A stretch of DNA of 46,725 nucleotides from a virus (lineage: Duplodnaviria > Heunggongvirae > Uroviricota > Caudoviricetes), in the IMG/VR virus record IMGVR_UViG_2684622578_000003. One strand, given 5' to 3'. Position 1 is the stretch's first letter. The number at the start of each line of letters is the position of its first letter. Below the pieces are notes generated by a model. It was given only the letters and a program-made list of their open reading frames with translations. It was not told the DNA's origin and searched no databases. A program made the position numbers and the translations under genes. Positions 19,565 to 33,909 of this stretch are shown here, piece by piece.

Positions 19565-19763
19565 GAGGTTGTCCCGTATTCAGTGTCGCTGATTTGTATT
19601 GTCTGAAGTTGTTTTTACGTTAAGTTGATGCAGATCAATTAATACGATATCTGCGTCATAATTGATTATTTGACGTGGTTTGATGGCGTAGATGCACGTT
19701 GTGACATGCAGATGATAATTATTATCATTTTGCGGGTCCTTTCCGGCGATCCGACAGGTTACG

Positions 19764-19775
19764 GGGCGGCGACCT
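19764..19775 (+). other. cosN cohesive-end site (GGGCGGCGACCT), with flanking cosQ/cosB
   Basis: CGACAGGTTACG-GGGCGGCGACCT-CGCGGGTTTTCGCTATTTATGAAAATTTTCCGGTTTAAGGCG matches my recollection of the lambda genome ends; lies directly upstream of Nu1. Confidence 0.85.
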
Positions 19776-19952
19776 CGCGGGTTTTCGCTATTTATGAAAA
19801 TTTTCCGGTTTAAGGCGTTTCCGTTCTTCTTCGTCGTAACTTAATGTTTTTATTTAAAATACCCCCTAAAAAGAAAGGAAACGACAGGTGCTGAAAACGA
19901 ACTTTTGGGCCTCTGTCGTTTCCTTTCTCTGTTTTTGGCCGTGGAATGAACA

Positions 19953-20472
19953 ATGGAAGTCAACAAAAAGCAGCTGGCTGACATTTTCGGTGCGAGTATC
20001 CGTACCATTCAGAACTGGCAGGAACAGGGAATGCCCGTTCTGCGAGGCGGTGGCAAGGGTAATGAGGTGCTTTATGACTCTGCCGCCGTTATAAGATGGT
20101 ATGCCGAAAGGGATGCTGAAATTGAGAACGAAAAGCTGCGCCGGGAAGTTGAAGAACTGCGGCGGGCCAGCGAGACAGATCTCCAGCCAGGGACTATTGA
20201 GTACGAACGCCATCGACTTACGCGTGCGCAGGCCGACGCACAGGAGCTGAAAAATGCCAGAGACTCCGCTGAAGTGGTGGAAACCGCATTCTGTACTTTC
20301 GTGCTGTCGCGGATCGCAGGTGAAATTGCCAGTATTCTCGACGGGATCCCCCTGTCGGTGCAGCGGCGTTTTCCGGAACTGGAAAACCGACATGTTGATT
20401 TCCTGAAACGGGATATCATCAAAGCCATGAACAAAGCAGCCGCGCTGGATGAACTGATACCGGGGTTGCTGA

Positions 20473-20498
<26 letters not shown>
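19953..20498 (+). CDS. nu1: Terminase small subunit Nu1
   Basis: 181 aa MEVNKKQLADIFGASIRTIQNWQEQGMPV..., near-identical to recalled lambda Nu1. Confidence 0.95.
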
Positions 20499-24179
<3,681 letters not shown>

Positions 24180-24199
<20 letters not shown>

Positions 24200-25499
24200 T
24201 CTCCCGCATATTGCCAGCATGGCCTTTAATGAGCCGCTGATGCTTGAACCCGCCTATGCGCGGGTTTTCTTTTGTGCGCTTGCAGGCCAGCTTGGGATCA
24301 GCCGCCTGACGGATGCGGTGTCCGGCGACAGCCTGACTGCCCAGGAGGCACTCGCGACGCTGGCATTATCCGGTGATGATGACGGACCACGACAGGCCCG
24401 CAGTTATCAGGTCATGAACGGCATCGCCGTGCTGCCGGTGTCCGGCACGCTGGTCAGCCGGACGCGGGCGCTGCAGCCGTACTCGGGGATGACCGGTTAC
24501 AACGGCATTATCGCCCGTCTGCAACAGGCTGCCAGCGACCCGATGGTGGACGGCATTCTGCTCGATATGGACACGCCAGGCGGAATGGTGGCGGGGGCAT
24601 TTGACTGCGCTGACATCATCGCCCGTGTGCGTGACATAAAACCGGTATGGGCGCTGGCCAACGACATGAACTGCAGTGCAGGTCAGCTGCTTGCCAGTGC
24701 CGCCTCCCGGCGTCTGGTCACGCAGACCGCCCGGACAGGCTCCATCGGCGTCATGATGGCTCACAGTAATTACGGTGCTGCCCTGGAGAAACAGGGTGTG
24801 GAAATCACGCTGATTTACAGCGGCAGCCATAAGGTGGATGGCAATCCCTACAGCCATCTTCCGGATGACGTCCGGGAGACACTGCAGTCCCGGATGGACG
24901 CAACCCGCCGGATGTTTGCACAGAAGGTGTCGGCATATACCGGCCTGTCTGTGCAGGCTGTGCTGGATACCGAGGCTGCAGTGTACAGCGGTCAGGAGGC
25001 CATTGATGCCGGACTGGCTGATGAACTTGTTAACAGCACCGATGCGATCACCGTCATGCGTGATGCACTGGATGCGCGTAAATCCCGTCTCTCAGGAGGG
25101 CGAATGACCAAAGAGACTCAATCAACAACTGTTTCAGCCACTGCTTCGCAGACTGACGTTACTGACGTGGTGCCAGCGACGGAGGGCGAAAACGCCAGCG
25201 CGGCGCAGCCGGACGTGAACGCGCAGATCACCGCAGCGGTTGCGGCAGAAAACAGCCGCATTATGGGGATCCTCAACTGTGAGGAGGCTCACGGACGCGA
25301 AGAACAGGCCCGCGTGCTGGCAGAAACCCCCGGTATGACCGTGGAAACGGCCCGCCGCATTCTGGCAGCTGCACCACAGAGTGCACAGGCGCGCAGTGAC
25401 ACTGCGCTGGATCGTCTGATGCAGGGGGCACCGGCACCGCTGGCTGCAGGTAACCCGGCATCTGATGCCGTTAACGATTTGCTGAACACACCAGTGTAA
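24180..25499 (+). CDS. C: Head maturation protease C (with nested in-frame scaffold Nu3)
   Basis: GTG start at 24180 preceded by GAGGAGG RBS gives 439 aa (VTAELRNLPHIASMAF...); ORF track shows a longer upstream extension that I do not accept. Confidence 0.9.
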
Positions 25500-25508
25500 G
25501 GGATGTTT

Positions 25509-25841
25509 ATGACGAGCAAAGAAACCTTTACCCATTACCAGCCGCTGGGCAACAGTGACCCGGCTCATACCGCAACCGCGCCCGGCGGATTGAGTGCGAA
25601 AGCGCCTGCAATGACCCCGCTGATGCTGGACACCTCCAGCCGTAAGCTGGTTGCGTGGGATGGCACCACCGACGGTGCTGCCGTTGGCATTCTTGCGGTT
25701 GCTGCTGACCAGACCAGCACCACGCTGACGTTCTACAAGTCCGGCACGTTCCGTTATGAGGATGTGCTCTGGCCGGAGGCTGCCAGCGACGAGACGAAAA
25801 AACGGACCGCGTTTGCCGGAACGGCAATCAGCATCGTTTAA
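25509..25841 (+). CDS. D: Head decoration protein D
   Basis: 110 aa [27 protein letters not shown]..., matches recalled lambda gpD. Confidence 0.9.
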   Translation: MTSKETFTHYQPLGNSDPAHTATAPGGLSAKAPAMTPLMLDTSSRKLVAWDGTTDGAAVGILAVAADQTSTTLTFYKSGTFRYEDVLWPEAASDETKKRTAFAGTAISIV

Positions 25842-25896
25842 CTTTACCCTTCATCACTAAAGGCCGCCTGTGCGGCTTTTTTTACGGGATTTTTTT

Positions 25897-26922
25897 ATGT
25901 CGATGTACACAACCGCCCAACTGCTGGCGGCAAATGAGCAGAAATTTAAGTTTGATCCGCTGTTTCTGCGTCTCTTTTTCCGTGAGAGCTATCCCTTCAC
26001 CACGGAGAAAGTCTATCTCTCACAAATTCCGGGACTGGTAAACATGGCGCTGTACGTTTCGCCGATTGTTTCCGGTGAGGTTATCCGTTCCCGTGGCGGC
26101 TCCACCTCTGAATTTACGCCGGGATATGTCAAGCCGAAGCATGAAGTGAATCCGCAGATGACCCTGCGTCGCCTGCCGGATGAAGATCCGCAGAATCTGG
26201 CGGACCCGGCTTACCGCCGCCGTCGCATCATCATGCAGAACATGCGTGACGAAGAGCTGGCCATTGCTCAGGTCGAAGAGATGCAGGCAGTTTCTGCCGT
26301 GCTTAAGGGCAAATACACCATGACCGGTGAAGCCTTCGATCCGGTTGAGGTGGATATGGGCCGCAGTGAGGAGAATAACATCACGCAGTCCGGCGGCACG
26401 GAGTGGAGCAAGCGTGACAAGTCCACGTATGACCCGACCGACGATATCGAAGCCTACGCGCTGAACGCCAGCGGTGTGGTGAATATCATCGTGTTCGATC
26501 CGAAAGGCTGGGCGCTGTTCCGTTCCTTCAAAGCCGTCAAGGAGAAGCTGGATACCCGTCGCGGCTCTAATTCCGAGCTGGAGACAGCGGTAAAAGACCT
26601 GGGCGAAGCGGTGTCCTATAAGGGGATGTATGGCGATACGGCGATCGTCGTGTATTCCGGACAGTACGTGGAAAACGACGTCAAAAAGAACTTCCTGCCG
26701 GACAACACGATGGTGCTGGGGAACACTCAGGCACGCGGTCTGCGCACCTATGGCTGCATTCAGGATGCGGACGCACAGCGCGAAGGTATTAACGCCTCTG
26801 CCCGCTACCCGAAAAACTGGGTGACCACCGGCGATCCGGCGCGTGAGTTCACCATGATTCAGTCAGCACCGCTGATGCTGCTGGCTGATCCTGATGCGTT
26901 CGTGTCCGTACAACTGGCGTAA
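25897..26922 (+). CDS. E: Major capsid protein E
   Basis: 341 aa starting MSMYTTAQLLAANEQKFKFDPLFLRLFFRESYPF..., matches recalled lambda gpE; a GC hairpin plus T-run sits at 25862..25886 between D and E. Confidence 0.95.
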   Translation: MSMYTTAQLLAANEQKFKFDPLFLRLFFRESYPFTTEKVYLSQIPGLVNMALYVSPIVSGEVIRSRGGSTSEFTPGYVKPKHEVNPQMTLRRLPDEDPQNLADPAYRRRRIIMQNMRDEELAIAQVEEMQAVSAVLKGKYTMTGEAFDPVEVDMGRSEENNITQSGGTEWSKRDKSTYDPTDDIEAYALNASGVVNIIVFDPKGWALFRSFKAVKEKLDTRRGSNSELETAVKDLGEAVSYKGMYGDTAIVVYSGQYVENDVKKNFLPDNTMVLGNTQARGLRTYGCIQDADAQREGINASARYPKNWVTTGDPAREFTMIQSAPLMLLADPDAFVSVQLA

Positions 26923-26963
26923 TCATGGCCCTTCGGGGCCATTTTCTCTCTGTGGAGGAGTCC

Positions 26964-27359
26964 ATGACGAAAGATGAACTGATTGCCCGTCTTCAGGTGC
27001 TGGGTGAGCAACTGAACCGTGATGTCAGCCTGACGGGGACGAAAGAAGAACTGGTGCTCCGTGTGGCAGAGCTGGAAGAAGAGCTTGATGACACGGATGA
27101 CGCTGCCGGTCAGGACACATCTGTCAGCCCGGAAAATGCGCTGACCGGACATGAAAATGAGGTGGTATCAGCGCAGCCGGATACCGTGATTGATACGGCT
27201 GCTCTGGTCACGGTCGTGGCACTGGTGACGCTGCATACTGATGCACTTCACGCCACGCGGGATGAGCCTGTGGCATTTGTGCTGCCGGGAACGGCGTTTC
27301 GTGTCTCTGCCGGTGTGGCAGCCGAAATGACAGAACATGGCCTGGCCAGAATGCAATAA
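26964..27359 (+). CDS. FI: DNA packaging protein FI
   Basis: 131 aa from MTKDELIARLQVLGEQLNRDVSLTG... with GGAGGA RBS. Confidence 0.85.
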   Translation: MTKDELIARLQVLGEQLNRDVSLTGTKEELVLRVAELEEELDDTDDAAGQDTSVSPENALTGHENEVVSAQPDTVIDTAALVTVVALVTLHTDALHATRDEPVAFVLPGTAFRVSAGVAAEMTEHGLARMQ

Positions 27360-27370
27360 CGGGAGGCGCT

Positions 27371-27724
27371 GTGGCTGATTTCGATAACCTGTTCGATGCT
27401 GCCATTGCCTGCGCCGATGAAACGATACGCGGGTACATGGGAACGTCAGCCACCATGACATCCGGTGAGCAGTCCGGTGCTGTGATACGTGGTGTTTTTG
27501 ATGACCCTGAAAATATCAGCTATGCCGGACAGGGCGTGCGCGTTGAAGGCTCCAGCCCGTCCCTGTTTGTCCGGACTGATGATGTGCGGCAGCTGCGGCG
27601 CGGCGACACGCTGACCATCGGTGAGGAAAACTTCTGGATAGACCGGATTTCGCCGGATGATGGCGGAAGCTGTCATCTCTGGCTTGGGCGGGGCGTACCG
27701 CCTGCCGTTAACCGTCGCCGCTGA
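27371..27724 (+). CDS. FII: Head-tail connector protein FII
   Basis: 117 aa MADFDNLFDAAIACADETIRGYMG..., matches recalled lambda gpFII. Confidence 0.9.
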   Translation: MADFDNLFDAAIACADETIRGYMGTSATMTSGEQSGAVIRGVFDDPENISYAGQGVRVEGSSPSLFVRTDDVRQLRRGDTLTIGEENFWIDRISPDDGGSCHLWLGRGVPPAVNRRR

Positions 27725-27735
27725 AAGGGGGATGT

Positions 27736-28314
27736 ATGGCCATAAAAGGTCTTGAGCAGGCCGTTGAAAACCTCAGCCGTATCAGCAGAACGGCGGTGCC
27801 CGGTGCCGCCGCAATGGCCATTAACCGCGTTGCTTCATCCGCGATATCGCAGTCGGTGGCACAGGTTGCCCGTGAGACAAAGGTACGCCGGAAACTGGTA
27901 AAGGAAAGGGCCAGGCTGAAAAGGGCCACGGTCAAAAATCCGCAGGCCAGAATCAGGGTTAACCGGGGGGATTTGCCCGTAATCAAGCTGGGTAACGCGC
28001 GGGTTGTCCTTTCCCGCCGCAGACGTCGTAAAAAGGGGCAGCGTTCATCCCTGAAAGGTGGCGGCAGCGTGCTTGTGGTGGGAAACCGTCGTATTCCCGG
28101 CGCGTTTATTCAGCAACTGAAAAACGGCCGGTGGCATGTTATGCAGCGTGTGGCCGGGAAAAACCGTTACCCCATTGATGTGGTGAAAATCCCGATGGCG
28201 GTGCCGCTGACCACGGCGTTTAAACAAAATATTGAACGGATACGGCGTGAACGTCTTCCGAAAGAGCTGGGCTATGCGCTGCAGCATCAACTGAGAATGG
28301 TAATAAAGCGATGA
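27736..28314 (+). CDS. Z: Tail completion protein Z
   Basis: 192 aa MAIKGLEQAVENLSRISRTAVPG..., matches recalled lambda gpZ. Confidence 0.9.
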   Translation: MAIKGLEQAVENLSRISRTAVPGAAAMAINRVASSAISQSVAQVARETKVRRKLVKERARLKRATVKNPQARIRVNRGDLPVIKLGNARVVLSRRRRRKKGQRSSLKGGGSVLVVGNRRIPGAFIQQLKNGRWHVMQRVAGKNRYPIDVVKIPMAVPLTTAFKQNIERIRRERLPKELGYALQHQLRMVIKR

Positions 28315-28706
28315 AACATACTGAACTCCGTGCAGCCGTACTGGATGCACTGGAGAAGCATGACACCGGGGCGACGCTTTTTGATGGTCGCCCCGCTGTT
28401 TTTGATGAGGAAGATTTTCCGGCAATTGCCGTTTATCTCACCGGCGCTGAATACACGGGCGAAGAGCTGGACAGCGATACCTGGCAGGCGGAGCTGCATA
28501 TTGAAGTTTTCCTGCCTGCTCAGGTGCCGGATTCAGAGCTGGATGCGTGGATGGAGTCCCGGATTTATCCGGTGATGAGCGATATCCCGGCACTGTCAGA
28601 TTTGATCACCAGTATGGTGGCCAGCGGCTATGACTACCGGCGCGACGATGATGCGGGCCTGTGGAGTTCAGCCGATCTGACTTATGTCATTACCTATGAA
28701 ATGTGA
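28311..28706 (+). CDS. U: Tail terminator protein U
   Basis: 131 aa [26 protein letters not shown]..., matches recalled lambda gpU. Confidence 0.9.
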   Translation: MKHTELRAAVLDALEKHDTGATLFDGRPAVFDEEDFPAIAVYLTGAEYTGEELDSDTWQAELHIEVFLPAQVPDSELDAWMESRIYPVMSDIPALSDLITSMVASGYDYRRDDDAGLWSSADLTYVITYEM

Positions 28707-28713
28707 GGACGCT

Positions 28714-29454
28714 ATGCCTGTACCAAATCCTGTAATGCCGGTGAAAGGTGCCGGGACCACCCTGTGGGTTTATAAGGGGAGCGGTGACCCTTATGCGAAT
28801 CCGCTTTCAGACGTTGACTGGTCGCGTCTGGCAAAAGTTAAAGACCTGACGCCCGGCGAACTGACCGCTGAGTCCTATGACGACAGCTATCTCGATGATG
28901 AAGATGCAGACTGGACTGCGACCGGGCAGGGGCAGAAATCTGCCGGAGATACCAGCTTCACGCTGGCGTGGATGCCCGGAGAGCAGGGGCAGCAGGCGCT
29001 GCTGGCGTGGTTTAATGAAGGTGATACCCGTGCCTATAAAATCCGCTTCCCGAACGGCACGGTCGATGTGTTCCGTGGCTGGGTCAGCAGTATCGGTAAG
29101 GCGGTGACGGCGAAGGAAGTGATTACCCGCACGGTGAAGGTCACCAATGTGGGACGTCCGTCGATGGCAGAAGATCGCAGCACGGTGACGGCGACAACCG
29201 GCATGACTGTGACGCCTGCCAGCACCTCGGTGGTGAAAGGGCAGAGCACCACGCTGACCGTGGCATTCCAGCCGGAAGGCGCAACCGACAAGAGCTTCTG
29301 TGCGGTGTCTGCGGATAAAACAAAAGCCACCGTGTCGGTCAGTGGTATGACCATCACCGTGAAAGGTGTTGCTGCAGGCAAGGTCAACATTCCGGTCGTA
29401 TCCGGTAATGGTGAACTTGCTGCGGTTGCAGAAATCACCGTCACCGCCAGTTAA
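28714..29454 (+). CDS. V: Major tail tube protein V (C-terminal Ig-like domain)
   Basis: 246 aa from [22 protein letters not shown]... with GAGGA RBS; ORF track start 28684 is an upstream extension. Confidence 0.9.
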   Translation: MPVPNPVMPVKGAGTTLWVYKGSGDPYANPLSDVDWSRLAKVKDLTPGELTAESYDDSYLDDEDADWTATGQGQKSAGDTSFTLAWMPGEQGQQALLAWFNEGDTRAYKIRFPNGTVDVFRGWVSSIGKAVTAKEVITRTVKVTNVGRPSMAEDRSTVTATTGMTVTPASTSVVKGQSTTLTVAFQPEGATDKSFCAVSADKTKATVSVSGMTITVKGVAAGKVNIPVVSGNGELAAVAEITVTAS

Positions 29455-29469
29455 TCCGGGGAGTCAGAG

Positions 29470-29892
29470 ATGTTCCTGAAAACCGAATCATTTGAACATA
29501 ACGGTGTGACCGTCACGCTTTCTGAACTGTCAGCCCTGCAGCGTATTGAGCATCTTGCCTGGTTGAAAGAGCAGGAAAAAAAGGCTGAATCCAGTGGCAA
29601 CCTGCAGGTGTCTGTAGAGGAGCTTATCAGAGGCGGGGCGTTTCTGGTGGCGATGTCTCTGTGGCATAGCCATCCACAGAAGACAAAGCTGCCGTCCATG
29701 AATGAAGCCATTACGCAGATTGAGCAGGAAGTGCTTACCACCTGGCCCACGGAGGCAATTGCTCAGGCTGAAAACGTGGTGTTACGTCTGTCCGGAATGT
29801 CTGAGTTTGTGGTGAATAATGCCCCTGAACAGACAGAGGACGCCGGGCCTGCAGAGCCTGTTTCTGCGGGAAAGTTTTCGACGGTGAGCTGA
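29470..29892 (+). CDS. G: Tail assembly chaperone G
   Basis: 140 aa MFLKTESFEHNGVTVTLSELSALQRIEHL..., matches recalled lambda gpG. Confidence 0.9.
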   Translation: MFLKTESFEHNGVTVTLSELSALQRIEHLAWLKEQEKKAESSGNLQVSVEELIRGGAFLVAMSLWHSHPQKTKLPSMNEAITQIEQEVLTTWPTEAIAQAENVVLRLSGMSEFVVNNAPEQTEDAGPAEPVSAGKFSTVS

Positions 29893-30308
29893 GTTTTGCC
29901 CTGAAACTGGCGCGTGAGATGGGGCGACCCGACTGGCGTGCCATGCTTGCCGGGATGTCATCCACGGAGTATGCCGACTGGCACCGCTTTTACAGTACCC
30001 ATTATTTTCATGATGTTCTGCTGGATATGCACTTTTCCGGGCTGACGTACACCGTGCTCAGCCTGTTTTTCAGCGATCCGGATATGCATCCGCTGGATTT
30101 CAGTCTGCTGAACCGGCGTGAGGCTGACGAAGAGCCTGAAGATGATGTGCTGATGCAGAAAGCGGCAGGGCTTGCCGGAGGTGTCCGCTTTGGCCCGGAC
30201 GGGAATGAAGTTATCCCTACTTCCCCGGATGTGGCGGACATGACGGAGGATGACGTAATGCTGATGACAGTATCAGAAGGGATCGCAGGAGGAGTCCGGT
30301 ATGGCTGA
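29470..30308 (+). CDS. T: Tail assembly chaperone G-T fusion made by programmed -1 ribosomal frameshift
   Basis: Slippery heptamer G GGA AAG at 29868..29874 in the G zero frame; the -1 frame from 29868 is in frame with the T ORF (29919..30308). Confidence 0.8.
29868..29874 (+). other. Programmed -1 frameshift slippery site GGGAAAG
   Basis: Heptamer positioned X XXY YYZ relative to the G frame, 6 codons before the G stop; identical to the lambda G/T slip site as I recall it. Confidence 0.8.
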
Positions 30309-32880
30309 ACCGGTAGGCGATCTGGTCGTTGATTTGAGTCTGGATGCGGCCAGATTTGACGAGCAGATGGCCAGAGTCAGGCGTCATTTTTCCGGTACGG
30401 AAACTGATGCGAAAAAAACAGCGGCAGTCGTTGAACAGTCGCTGAGCCGGCAGGCGCTGGCTGCACAGAAAGCGGGGATTTCCGTCGGACAGTATAAAGC
30501 CGCCATGCGTATGCTTCCTGCACAGTTCACCGACGTGGCCACGCAGCTTGCAGGCGGGCAAAGTCCGTGGCTGATCCTGCTGCAACAGGGGGGGCAGGTT
30601 AAGGACTCCTTCGGCGGGATGATCCCCATGTTCAGGGGGCTTGCCGGTGCGATCACCCTGCCGATGGTGGGGGCCACCTCGCTGGCGGTGGCGACCGGTG
30701 CGCTGGCGTATGCCTGGTATCAGGGCAACTCAACCCTGTCCGATTTCAACAAAACGCTGGTCCTTTCCGGCAATCAGGCGGGACTGACGGCAGATCGTAT
30801 GCTGGTCCTGTCCAGAGCCGGGCAGGCGGCAGGGCTGACGTTTAACCAGACCAGCGAGTCACTGACGGCGCTGGTGAATGCCGGTGTGCGTGGTGGTGAG
30901 CAGTTTGAGGCGATCAGCCAGAGTGTGGCGCGTTTCTCCTCTGCATCCGGCGTGGAGGTGGACAAGGTCGCTGAAGCCTTCGGGAAGCTGACCACAGACC
31001 CGACGTCGGGACTGACAGCGATGGCACGTCAGTTCCATAACGTGACGGCGGAGCAGATTGCGTATGTTGCTCAGTTGCAGCGTTCCGGCGATGAAGCCGG
31101 GGCATTGCAGGCGGCGAACGAGGCCGCAACGAAAGGGTTTGATGACCAGACCCGCCGCCTGAAAGAGAACATGGGCACGCTGGAGACCTGGGCAGACAGG
31201 ACAGCACGGGCATTCAAATCCATGTGGGATTCGGTGCTGGATATTGGTCGCCCGGACACTGCCCAGGGAATGCTGGAGAAAGCAGAAAAGGCTTTTGATG
31301 AGGCGGACAAAAAATGGCAGTGGTATCAGAGCCGGAGCCACCGGCGCGGTAAAACCTCAGCATTTCTTGCCAATCTCCGGGGAGCATGGGAGGACAGAGC
31401 GAATGCGCAACTTGGACTTTCAGCCGCCACGTTGCAGGCCGATCTTGAAAAGGCCAGAGAGATGGCAGCAAAGGACTGGGTCGAGTCTGAGGCATCACGG
31501 CTGAAATATACCGAAGAGGCGCAGAAGGCTTACGAACGCCTGCAGACGCCGCTGGAGAAATATACCGCCCGTCAGGAAGAACTGAATAAGGCACTGAAAG
31601 ACGGGAAAATCCTGCAGGCAGATTACAACACGCTGATGGCGGCAGCGAAAAAGGATTATGAAGCGACGCTGAAAAAGCCGAAGCAGTCCGGCGTGAAAGT
31701 GTCTGCAGGCGATCGCCAGGAAGACAGTGCTCATGCTGCCCTGCTGACGCTTCAGGCAGAACTCCGGACGCTGGAGAAGCATGCCGGAGCGAATGAGAAA
31801 ATCAGCCAGCAGCGCCGGGATTTGTGGAAGGCGGAGAGTCAGTTCGCTGTACTGGAGGAGGCGGCACAACGTCGCCAGCTGTCCGCACAGGAGAAATCCC
31901 TGCTGGCGCATAAAGATGAGACGCTGGAGTACAAACGCCAGCTGGCTGCACTTGGCGACAAGGTTACGTATCAGGAGCGCCTGAACGCGCTGGCGCAGCA
32001 GGCGGATAAATTCGCACAGCAGCAACGGGCAAAACGGGCCGCCATTGATGCGAAAAACCGGGGGCTGACTGACCGGCAGGCAGCGCGGGAAGCCACAGAA
32101 CAGCGTCTGAAGGAACAGTATGGCGATAATCCGCTGGCGCTGAATAACGTCATGTCAGAGCAGAAAAAGACCTGGACGGCTGAAGACCAGCTTCGCGGGA
32201 GCTGGATGGCAGGCCTGAAGTCCGGCTGGAGTGAGTGGGAAGAGAGCGCCACGGACAGTATGTCGCAGGTTAAAAGTGCAGCCACGCAGACCTTTGATGG
32301 TATTGCGCAGAATATGGCGGCGATGCTGACCGGCAGTGAGCAGAACTGGCGCAGCTTCACCCGTTCCGTGCTGTCCATGATGACAGAAATTCTGCTTAAG
32401 CAGGCAATGGTGGGGATTGTCGGGAGTATCGGTAGCGCCATTGGCGGGGCTGTTGGTGGCGGCGCATCCGCATCAGGCGGTACAGCCATTCAGGCAGCTG
32501 CGGCGAAATTCCATTTTGCGACCGGAGGATTTACGGGAACCGGCGGCAAATATGAGCCAGCGGGGATTGTTCACCGTGGTGAGTTTGTCTTCACGAAGGA
32601 GGCAACCAGCCGGATTGGCGTGGGGAATCTTTACCGGCTGATGCGCGGCTATGCCACCGGCGGTTATGTCGGTACACCGGGCAGCATGGCAGACAACCGG
32701 TCGCAGGCGTCCGGGACGTTTGAGCAGAATAACCATGTGGTGATTAACAACGACGGCACGAACGGGCAGATAGGTCCGGCTGCTCTGAAGGCGGTGTATG
32801 ACATGGCCCGCAAGGGTGCCCGTGATGAAATTCAGACACAGATGCGTGATGGTGGCCTGTTCTCCGGAGGTGGACGATGA
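30301..32880 (+). CDS. H: Tail tape measure protein H
   Basis: 859 aa, long alpha-helical/Ala-rich protein following G-T; matches recalled lambda gpH. Confidence 0.95.
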   Translation: MAEPVGDLVVDLSLDAARFDEQMARVRRHFSGTETDAKKTAAVVEQSLSRQALAAQKAGISVGQYKAAMRMLPAQFTDVATQLAGGQSPWLILLQQGGQVKDSFGGMIPMFRGLAGAITLPMVGATSLAVATGALAYAWYQGNSTLSDFNKTLVLSGNQAGLTADRMLVLSRAGQAAGLTFNQTSESLTALVNAGVRGGEQFEAISQSVARFSSASGVEVDKVAEAFGKLTTDPTSGLTAMARQFHNVTAEQIAYVAQLQRSGDEAGALQAANEAATKGFDDQTRRLKENMGTLETWADRTARAFKSMWDSVLDIGRPDTAQGMLEKAEKAFDEADKKWQWYQSRSHRRGKTSAFLANLRGAWEDRANAQLGLSAATLQADLEKAREMAAKDWVESEASRLKYTEEAQKAYERLQTPLEKYTARQEELNKALKDGKILQADYNTLMAAAKKDYEATLKKPKQSGVKVSAGDRQEDSAHAALLTLQAELRTLEKHAGANEKISQQRRDLWKAESQFAVLEEAAQRRQLSAQEKSLLAHKDETLEYKRQLAALGDKVTYQERLNALAQQADKFAQQQRAKRAAIDAKNRGLTDRQAAREATEQRLKEQYGDNPLALNNVMSEQKKTWTAEDQLRGSWMAGLKSGWSEWEESATDSMSQVKSAATQTFDGIAQNMAAMLTGSEQNWRSFTRSVLSMMTEILLKQAMVGIVGSIGSAIGGAVGGGASASGGTAIQAAAAKFHFATGGFTGTGGKYEPAGIVHRGEFVFTKEATSRIGVGNLYRLMRGYATGGYVGTPGSMADNRSQASGTFEQNNHVVINNDGTNGQIGPAALKAVYDMARKGARDEIQTQMRDGGLFSGGGR

Positions 32881-33206
32881 AGACCTTCCGCTGGAAAGTG
32901 AAACCCGGTATGGATGTGGCTTCGGTCCCTTCTGTAAGAAAGGTGCGCTTTGGTGATGGCTATTCTCAGCGAGCGCCTGCCGGGCTGAATGCCAACCTGA
33001 AAACGTACAGCGTGACGCTTTCTGTCCCCCGTGAGGAGGCCACGGTACTGGAGTCGTTTCTGGAAGAGCACGGGGGCTGGAAATCCTTTCTGTGGACGCC
33101 GCCTTATGAGTGGCGGCAGATAAAGGTGACCTGCGCAAAATGGTCGTCGCGGGTCAGTATGTTGCGTGTTGAGTTCAGCGCAGAGTTTGAACAGGTGGTG
33201 AACTGA
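32877..33206 (+). CDS. M: Minor tail protein M
   Basis: 109 aa MKTFRWKVKPGMDVASVPSVRKVRFGDGYSQRAP..., matches recalled lambda gpM. Confidence 0.9.
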   Translation: MKTFRWKVKPGMDVASVPSVRKVRFGDGYSQRAPAGLNANLKTYSVTLSVPREEATVLESFLEEHGGWKSFLWTPPYEWRQIKVTCAKWSSRVSMLRVEFSAEFEQVVN

Positions 33207-33904
33207 TGCAGGATATCCGGCAGGAAACACTGAATGAATGCACCCGTGCGGAGCAGTCGGCCAGCGTGGTGCTCTGGGAAATCGACCTGACAGAGGTCGG
33301 TGGAGAACGTTATTTTTTCTGTAATGAGCAGAACGAAAAAGGTGAGCCGGTCACCTGGCAGGGGCGACAGTATCAGCCGTATCCCATTCAGGGGAGCGGT
33401 TTTGAACTGAATGGCAAAGGCACCAGTACGCGCCCCACGCTGACGGTTTCTAACCTGTACGGTATGGTCACCGGGATGGCGGAAGATATGCAGAGTCTGG
33501 TCGGCGGAACGGTGGTCCGGCGTAAGGTTTACGCCCGTTTTCTGGATGCGGTGAACTTCGTCAACGGAAACAGTTACGCCGATCCGGAGCAGGAGGTGAT
33601 CAGCCGCTGGCGCATTGAGCAGTGCAGCGAACTGAGCGCGGTGAGTGCCTCCTTTGTACTGTCCACGCCGACGGAAACGGATGGCGCTGTTTTTCCGGGA
33701 CGTATCATGCTGGCCAACACCTGCACCTGGACCTATCGCGGTGACGAGTGCGGTTATAGCGGTCCGGCTGTCGCGGATGAATATGACCAGCCAACGTCCG
33801 ATATCACGAAGGATAAATGCAGCAAATGCCTGAGCGGTTGTAAGTTCCGCAATAACGTCGGCAACTTTGGCGGCTTCCTTTCCATTAACAAACTTTCGCA
33901 GTAA
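33206..33904 (+). CDS. L: Minor tail protein L
   Basis: 232 aa with C-terminal Cys cluster (CSKCLSGC); lambda gpL-like. Confidence 0.9.
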   Translation: MQDIRQETLNECTRAEQSASVVLWEIDLTEVGGERYFFCNEQNEKGEPVTWQGRQYQPYPIQGSGFELNGKGTSTRPTLTVSNLYGMVTGMAEDMQSLVGGTVVRRKVYARFLDAVNFVNGNSYADPEQEVISRWRIEQCSELSAVSASFVLSTPTETDGAVFPGRIMLANTCTWTYRGDECGYSGPAVADEYDQPTSDITKDKCSKCLSGCKFRNNVGNFGGFLSINKLSQ

Positions 33905-33909
33905 ATCCC

